Both the position numbers and the translations under genes were made by a program. A stretch of 64,000 nucleotides of DNA from Eledone cirrhosa (lineage: Eukaryota): assembly GCA_964016885.1 (NCBI GenBank), contig OZ024740.1:6138001-6202000 (forward strand), in the 5' to 3' direction. The notes under the pieces were generated by a model. It did not search any database. It was not told the origin of the DNA and saw only the letters and a program-made list of their open reading frames with translations. The first letter of the stretch is position 1. The number at the start of each line of letters is the position of its first letter. Below, one piece after another: positions 55,310-64,000 of this stretch.

Positions 55310-57932
55310 ATGATTGTATAGTGTCCTTAGAAGGAATTCTTAAGCAAAGAGATTTATACCAAAATATTCATAGAACTGGTTATATATGATTGTATAGTGT
55401 CCTTAGTAGAAATACTTCACCAAAGAGATTTATACCAAAATATTCATAGAACGGGTATATATATGATTGTATAGTGTCCTTAGTAGAAATTCTTAAGCAA
55501 AGAAATTTATACCAAAATATTCATAGAACGGGTATATATATGATTGTATAGTGTGCTTAGTAGAAATTCTTCACCAAAGACTTTATACCAAAATATACAT
55601 AGAACTGGTATATATAGGATTGTATAGTGTCTTTAGTAGAAATACTTCACCAAAGAGATTTATACCAAAATATCCATAGAACTGGTTTATATATGATTGT
55701 ATAGTGTCCTTAGTAGAAATTCTTCACCAAAGAGATTTATACCAAAATATTCATAGAACTGGTATACATATGATTGCATAGTGTCCCCGGTAGAAATTTT
55801 TCACCAAAGAGATTTATACCAAAATAGTCATAGAAGTGGTATATATATGATTGTATAGTGTCCTTAGTAGAAATTCTTCTCCAAAGAGATTTATACTAGA
55901 ATATTCATAGAACTGGTATATATATGATTGTGTAGTGTCCTTGGTAGAAATACTTCACCAAAGAGATGTATACCAAAATATTCATAGAACTGGTATATAT
56001 ATGATTGTATAGTGTCCTTAGTAGAAATACTTCACCAAAGAGATTTCTACCAAAATATTCATAGAAGTAGTATATACATGATTGTATAGTGTCCTTAGTA
56101 GAAATTCTTCACCAAAGAGATTTATACCCAAATATTCATAGAATTGGTTTATATATGATTGTATAGTGTCCTTAGTAGAAATACTTCACCAAACGAGATT
56201 TATACCAAAATATTCATAGAACTGGTATATATATGATTGTATAATGTCCTTAGTAGAAATACTTCACCAAAGAGATTTATACCAAAATATTCATAGAACT
56301 GGTATATATATGATTGTATAGTGTCCTTAGTAGAAATTCTTAAGCAAAGAAATTCATACCAAAATATTCATAGAACTGGTATATATATGATTGTATAGTG
56401 TCCTTCGTAGAAATTCTTAAGCAAAGAAATTTATACCGAAATATTCATAGAACGGGTATATATATGATTGTATAGTGTCCTTAGTAGAAATTCTTCAGCA
56501 AAGAGATTTATACCAAAATATCCATAGAACTGGTTTATATATGATTGTATAGTGTCCTTAGTAGAAATTCTTCACCAAAGAGATTTATACCAAAATATTC
56601 ATAGAACTGGTATACATATGATTGTATAGTGTCCTTAGAAGGAATTCTTAAGCAAAGAGATTTATACCAAAATATTCATAGAACTGGTTATATATGATTG
56701 TATAGTGTCCTTAGTAGAAATACTTCACCAAAGAGATTTATACCAACATATTCATAGAACGGGTATATATATGATTGTATAGTGTCCTTAGTAGAAATTC
56801 TTAAGCAAAGAAATTTATACCAAAATATTCATAGAACGGGTATATATATGATTGTATAGTGTCCTTAGTAGAAATTCTTCACCAAAGACTTTATACCAAA
56901 ATATACATAGAACTGGTATATATAGGATTGTATAGTGTCTTTAGTAGAAATACTTCACCAAAGAGATTTATACCAAAATATCCATAGAACTGGTTTATAT
57001 ATGATTGTATAGTGTCCTTAGTAGAAATTCTTCACCAAAGAGATTTATACCAAAATATTCATAGAACTGGTATACATATGATTGCATAGTGTCCCCGGTA
57101 GAAATTTTTCACCAAAGAGATTTATACCAAAATAGTCATAGAAGTGGTATATATATGATTGTATAGTGTCCTTAGTAGAAATTCTTCTCCAAAGAGATTT
57201 ATACTAGAATATTCATAGAACTGGTATATATATGATTGTGTAGTGTCCTTGGTAGAAATACTTCACCAAAGAGATGTATACCAAAATATTCATAGAACTG
57301 GTATATATATGATTGTATAGTGTCCTTAGTAGAAATACTTCACCAAAGAGATTTCTACCAAAATATTCATAGAAGTAGTATATACATGATTGTATAGTGT
57401 CCTTAGTAGAAATTCTTCACCAAAGAGATTTATACCCAAATATTCATAGAATTGGTTTATATATGATTGTATAGTGTCCTTAGTAGAAATACTTCACCAA
57501 ACGAGATTTATACCAAAATATTCATAGAACTGGTATATATATGATTGTATAATGTCCTTAGTAGAAATACTTCACCAAAGAGATTTATACCAAAATATTC
57601 ATAGAACTGGTATATATATGATTGTATAGTGTCCTTAGTAGAAATTCTTAAGCAAAGAAATTCATACCAAAATATTCATAGAACTGGTATATATATGATT
57701 GTATAGTGTCCTTCGTAGAAATTCTTAAGCAAAGAAATTTATACCGAAATATTCATAGAACGGGTATATATATGATTGTATAGTGTCCTTAGTAGAAATT
57801 CTTCACCAAAGAGATTTATACCAAAATATCCATAGAACTGGTTTATATATGATTGTATAGTGTCCTTAGTAGAAATTCTTCACCAAAGAGATTTATACCA
57901 AAATATTCATAGAACTGGTATACATATGATTG
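55310..57932 (+). repeat. Tandem duplication of a 1308-bp block (~17 monomers x2)
   Basis: Markers AAGGAATTC at 55331 and 56639, and TATAGGAT at 55613 and 56921; both offsets are 1308. Confidence 0.9.
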
Positions 57933-60900
57933 CATAGTGTCCCCGGTAGAAATTCTTCACCAAAGAGATTTATAACAAAATAGTCATAGAAGTGGTATAT
58001 ATATGATTGTATAGTGTCCTTAGTAGAAATTCTTCTCCAAAGAGATTTATACTAAAATATTCATAGAACTGGTATATATATGATTGTGTAGTGTCCTTGG
58101 TAGAAATACTTCACCAAAGAGATGTATACCAAAATATTCATAGAACTGGTATATATATGATTGTATATTGTCCTTAGTAGAAATAATTCACCAGAGAGAT
58201 TTATACTAAAATATTCATAAAAGTAGTATATATATGATTGTATAGTGTCCTTAGTAGAAATTCTTCACCAAAGAGATTTATACCCAAATATTCATAGAAT
58301 TGGTTTATATATGATTCTATAGTGTCCTTAGTAGAAATACTTCACCAAACGAGATTTATACCAAAATATTCATAGAACTGGTATATATATGATTGTATAA
58401 TGTCCTGAGTAGAAATACTTCCCCAAAGAGATTTATACCAAAATAGTCATAGAACTGGCATATGTATGAGTATATAGTGTCCTTAGTAGAAATTCTTCAC
58501 CAAAGAGATTTATACCAAAACATTCATAGAACTGGTATACATATGATTTCATAGTGTCCCCGGTAGAAATTCTTCACCAAAGAGATTTATACCAAAATAT
58601 TCATAGAACTGGTATATATATGATTGTGTAGTGTCCTTAGTAGAAATACTGCACCAAAGAGATGTATACCAAAATATTCATAGAACTGGTATATATATGA
58701 TTGTATAGTGTCCTTAGTAGAAATTCTTCTCCAAAGAGATTCATACTAAAATATTCATAGAACTGGTATATATATGATTGTGTAGTGTCCTTAGTAGAAA
58801 TACTTCACCAAAGAGATGTATACCAAAATATTCATAGAACTGGTATATATATGATTGTATAGTGTCCTTAGTAGAAATACTTCACCAAAGAGATTTATAC
58901 CAAAATATTCATAGAACTGATTTATATCTGATTGTATAGAGTCCTCAGTACCAATTCTTCTCCAAAGAGATTTTTACCCAAATATTCATAGAACTGTTAT
59001 ATATATGATTGTACAGTGTCCTTAGTAGAAATTCTTCTCCAAAGAGATTTATACCAAAATATTCATAGAACTGTTATATATATGATTGTATAGTGTCCTT
59101 AGTAGAAATTCTTCACCAAAGAGATTTATACCAAAATATTCATAGAACTGGTATACATATGATTGCATAGTGTCCCCAGTAGAAATTCTTCACCAAATAG
59201 ATTTATACCAAAATATTCATAGAACTGGTATATATATGATTGTATAGTGTCCTTAGTAGAAATTCTTCACCAAAGAGCTTTATACCAAAATATTCATAGA
59301 ATTGGTTTATATATGATTGTATAGTGTTCTTAGTAGCAATTCTTCACCAAAGAGATTTATACTAAAATATTCATAGAACAGGTTATATATGATAGTATAG
59401 TGTCCTTAGTAGAAATACTTCACCAAAGAGATTTATAACAAAATATTCATAGAACGGGTATATATATGATTGTATAGTGTCCGTAGTAGAAATTCTTAAA
59501 CAAAGAAATTTATACCAAAATATTCATAGAAAGGGTATATATATGATTGTATAGTGTCCTTAGTAGGAATTCTTAAGCAAAGAGATTTATACCAAAATAT
59601 TCATAGAACTGGTATATATATGATTGTATAGTGTCCTTAGTAGGAATTCTTAAGCAAATAGATTTATACCAAAATATTCATAGAACTGGTGATATATGAT
59701 TGTATAGTGTCCTTAGTAGAAATACTTCACCAAAGAGATTTATACCAAAATATTCATAGAACGGGTATATATATGATTGTATAGTGTCCTTAGAAGGAAT
59801 TCTTAAGCAAAGAGATTTATACCAAAATATTCATAGAACGGGTATATATATGATTGTATAGTGTCCTTAGTAGAAATTCTTAAGCAAAGAAATTTATACC
59901 AAAATATTCATAGAACGGGTATATATATGATTGTATAGTGTCCTTAGTAGAAATTCTTCACCAAAGACTTTATACCAAAATATACATAGAACTGGTATAT
60001 ATAGGATTGTATAGTGTCTTTAGTAGAAATACTTCACCAAAGAGATTTATACCAAAATATCCATAGAACTGGTTTATATATGATTGTATAGTGTCCTTAG
60101 TAGAAATTCTTCACCAAAGAGATTTATACCAAAATATTCATAGAACTGGTATACATATGATTGCATAGTGTCCCCGGTAGAAAATTTTCCACCAAAGAGA
60201 TTTATACCAAAATAGTCATAGAAGTGGTATATATATGATTGTATAGTGTCCTTAGTAGAAATTCTTCTCCAAAGAGATTTATACTAAAATATTCATAGAA
60301 CTGGTATATATATGATTGTGTAGTGTCCTTGGTAGAAATACTTCACCAAAGAGATGTATACCAAAATATTCATAGAACTGGTATATATATGATTGTATAA
60401 TGTCCTTAGTAGAAATACTTCACCAAAGAGATTTATACCAAAATATCCATAGAACTGGTTTATATATGATTGTATAGTGTCCTTAGTAGAAATTCTTCAC
60501 CAAAGAGATTTATACCAAAATATTCATAGAACTGGTATGCATATGATTGCATAGTGTCCCCGGTAGAAATTCTTCACCTAAGAGCTTTATACCAAAATAT
60601 TCATAGAATTGGTTTATATATGATTGTATAGTGTTCTTAGTAGCAATTCTTCACCAAAGAGATTTATACTAAAATATTCATAGAACAGGTTATATATGAT
60701 AGTATAGTGTCCTTAGTAGAAATACTTCACCAAAGAGATTTATACCAAAATATTCATAGAAGTAGTATATACATGATTGTATAGTGTCCTTAGTAGAAAT
60801 TATTCACCAAAGAGATTTATACCCAAATATTCATAGAATTGGTTTATATATGATTGTATAGTGTCCTTAGTAGAAATACTTCACCAAACGAGATTTATAC

Positions 60901-63900
60901 CAAAATATTCATAGAACTGGTATATATATGATTGTATAATGTCCTTAGTAGAAATACTTCACCAAAGAGATTTATATCAAAATATTCATAGAACTGGTAT
61001 ATATATGATTGTATAGTGTCCTTAGTAGAAATTCTTAAGCAAAGAAATTCATACCAAAATATTCATAGAACTGGTATATATATGATTGTATAGTGTCCTT
61101 CGTAGAAATTCTTAAGCAAAGAAATTTATATCGAAATATTCATAGAACGGGTATATATATGATTGTATAGTGTCCTTAGTAGAAATTCTTCACCAAAGAG
61201 ATTTATACCAAAATATCCATAGAACTGGTTTATATATGATTGTATAGTGTCCTTAGTAGTAATTCTTCACCAAAGAGATTTATACCAAAATATTCATAGA
61301 ACTGGTATACATATGATTGCATAGTGTCCCCGGTAGAAATTCTTCACCAAAGAGATTTATACCAAAATAGTCATAGAAGTGGTATATATATGATTGTATA
61401 GTGTCCTTAGTAGAAATTCTTCTCCAAAGAGATTTATACTAAAATATTCATAGAACTGGTATATATATGATTGTGTAGTGTCCTTGGTAGAAATACTTCA
61501 CCAAAGAGATGTATACCAAAATATTCATAGAACTGGTATATATATGATTGTATATTGTCCTTAGTAGAAATACTTCACCGGAGAGATTTATACTAAAATA
61601 TTCATAAAAGTAGTATATATATGATTGTATAGTGTCCTTAGTAGAAATTCTTCACCAGAGAGATTTATACCCAAATATTCATAGAATTGGTTTATATATG
61701 ATTCTATAGTGTCCTTAGTAGAAATACTTCACCAAACGAGATTTATACCAAAATATTCATAGAACTGGAATATATATGATTGTATAATGTCCTCAGTAGA
61801 AATACTTCCCCAAAGAGATTTATACCAAAATAGTCATAGAACTGGCATATGTATGAGTATATAGTGTCCTTAGTAGAAATTCTTCACCAAAGAGATTTAT
61901 ACCAAAACATTCATAGAACTGGTATACATATGATTGCATAGTGTCCCCGGTAGAAATTCTTCACCAAAGAGATTTATACCAAAATATTCATAGAACTGGT
62001 ATATATATGATTGTGTAGTGTCCTTAGTAGAAATTCTTCTCCAAAGAGATTCATACTAAAATATTCATAGAACTGGTATATATATGATTGTGTAGTGTCC
62101 TTAGTAGAAATACTTCACCAAAGAGATGTATACCATAATATTCATAGAACTGGTATATATATGATTGTATAGTGTCCTTAGTAGAAATACTTCACCAAAG
62201 AGATTTATACCAAAATATTCATAGAACTGATTTATATCTGATTGTATAGAGTCCTCAGTACCAATTCTTCTCCAAAGAGATTTTTACCCAAATATTCATA
62301 GAACTGTTATATATATGATTGTATAGTGTCCTTAGTAGAAATTCTTCACCAAAGAGATTTATACCAAAATATTCATAGTACTGGTATACATATGATTGCA
62401 TAGTGTCCCCGGTAGAAATTCTTCACCAAGGAGATTTATACCAAAATAGTCATAGAAGTGGTATATATATGATTGTATAGTGTCCTTAGTAGAAATTCTT
62501 CTCCAAAGAGATTTATAATAAAATTTTCATAGAACTGGTATATATATGATTGTGTAGTGTCCTTGGTAGAAATACTTCACCAAAGAGATGTATACCAAAA
62601 TATTCATAGAACTGGTATATATATGATTGTATAGTGTCCTTAGTAGAAATTCTTCACCAAAGAGATTTATACCAAAATATTCATAGAATTGGTTTATATA
62701 TGATTGTATAGTGTTCTTAGTAGCAATTCTTCACCAAAGAGATTTATACTAAAATATTCATAGAACAGGTTATATATGATAGTATAGTGTCCTTAGTAGA
62801 AATACTTCACCAAAGAGATTTATAACAAAATATTCATAGAACGGGTATATATATGATTGTATAGTGTCCTTAGTAGAAATTCTTAAGCAAAGAAATTTAT
62901 ACCAAAATATTCATAGAACGGGTATATATATGATTGTATAGTGTCCTTAGTAGGAATTCTTAAGCAAAGAGATTTATACCAAAATATTCATAGAACTGGT
63001 ATATATATGATTGTATAGTGTCCTTAGTAGGAATTCTTAAGCAAAAAGATTTATACCAAAATATTCATAGAACTGGTTGTATATGATTGTATAGTGTCCT
63101 TAGTAGAAATACTTCACCAAAGAGATTTATACCAAAATATTCATAGAACGGGTATATATATGATTGTATAGTGTCCTTAGAAGGAATTCTTAAGCAAAGA
63201 GATTTATACCAAAATATTCATAGAACTGGTTATATATGATTGTATAGTGTCCTTAGTAGAAATACTTCACCAAAGAGATTTATACCAAAATATTCATAGA
63301 ACGGGTATATATATGATTGTATAGTGTCCTTAGTAGAAATTCTTAAGCAAAGAAATTTATACCAAAATATTCATAGAACGGGTATATATATGATTGTATA
63401 GTGTACTTAGTAGAAATTCTTCACCAAAGACTTTATACCAAAATATACATAGAACTGGTATATATAGGATTGTATAGTGTCTTTAGTAGAAATACTTCAA
63501 CAAAGAGATTTATACCAAAATAACCATAGAACTGGTTTATATATGATTGTATAGTGTCCTTAGTAGAAATTCTTCACCAAAGAGATTTATACCAAAATAT
63601 TCATTGAACTGGTATACATATGATTGCATAGTGTCCCCGGTAGAAATTCTTCACCAAAGAGATTTATACCAAAATAGTCATAGAAGTGGTATATATATGA
63701 TTGTATAGTGTCCTTAGTAGAAATTCTTCACCAAAGAGATTTATACCCAAATTTTCATAGAATTGGTTTATATATGATTGTATAGTGACCTTAGTAGAAA
63801 TACTTCACCAAACGAGATTTATACCAAAATATTCATAGAATTGGTATGTATATGATTGTATAATGTCCTCAGTAGAAATACTTCCCCAAAGAGATTTATA

Positions 63901-64000
63901 CCAAAATAGTCATAGAACTGGCATATATATGAGTATATAGTGTCCTTAGTAGAAATTTTTCACCAAAGAGATTTATACCAAAACATTCATAGAACTGGTA

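Larger units (their letters stand above)
32853..64000. repeat. 77-bp satellite DNA tandem array, right arm (continues beyond window end)
   Basis: The same monomer resumes in the same orientation and register at AGTAGAAATTCTTCACC (32853) and continues to the last base. Confidence 0.99.

Noticed and set aside
1-64000. CRISPR array or other repeat-spacer system
   Set aside because: The whole 77 bp is repeated, there are no unique spacers, and no cas or other genes are present.

Overview
This window is non-coding, almost certainly eukaryotic, satellite DNA. About 99.5% of it is one head-to-tail tandem array of an AT-rich (~27% GC) 77-bp monomer, roughly 825 copies in one orientation and running off both ends. 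The consensus is CCAAAATATTCATAGAACTGGTATATATATGATTGTATAGTGTCCTTAGTAGAAATTCTTCACCAAAGAGATTTATA. The array is interrupted once, at 32507-32852, by a ~346-bp minus-strand tRNA-derived SINE. It has intact Pol III A and B boxes, a MIR-like CORE domain, a perfect internal hairpin, a LINE-type 3' stem-loop and an (ATG)8 tail. It resembles octopus/cephalopod SINEs from memory (not verified), and it inserted with no target-site duplication and about 3 bp lost. The array is not random: it has regional monomer subfamilies, a recurring ordered run of variant monomers, and near-identical kb-scale duplications (offsets 6310, 3075, 2001, 1308 and 7850 bp, each close to a multiple of 77). Each monomer has a built-in dyad symmetry and traces of a ~15-bp sub-repeat. 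I found no credible protein-coding gene, CRISPR array or novel enzymatic system; the four supplied ORFs are artefacts of the repeat. All comparisons were made by eye, so duplication boundaries are approximate.
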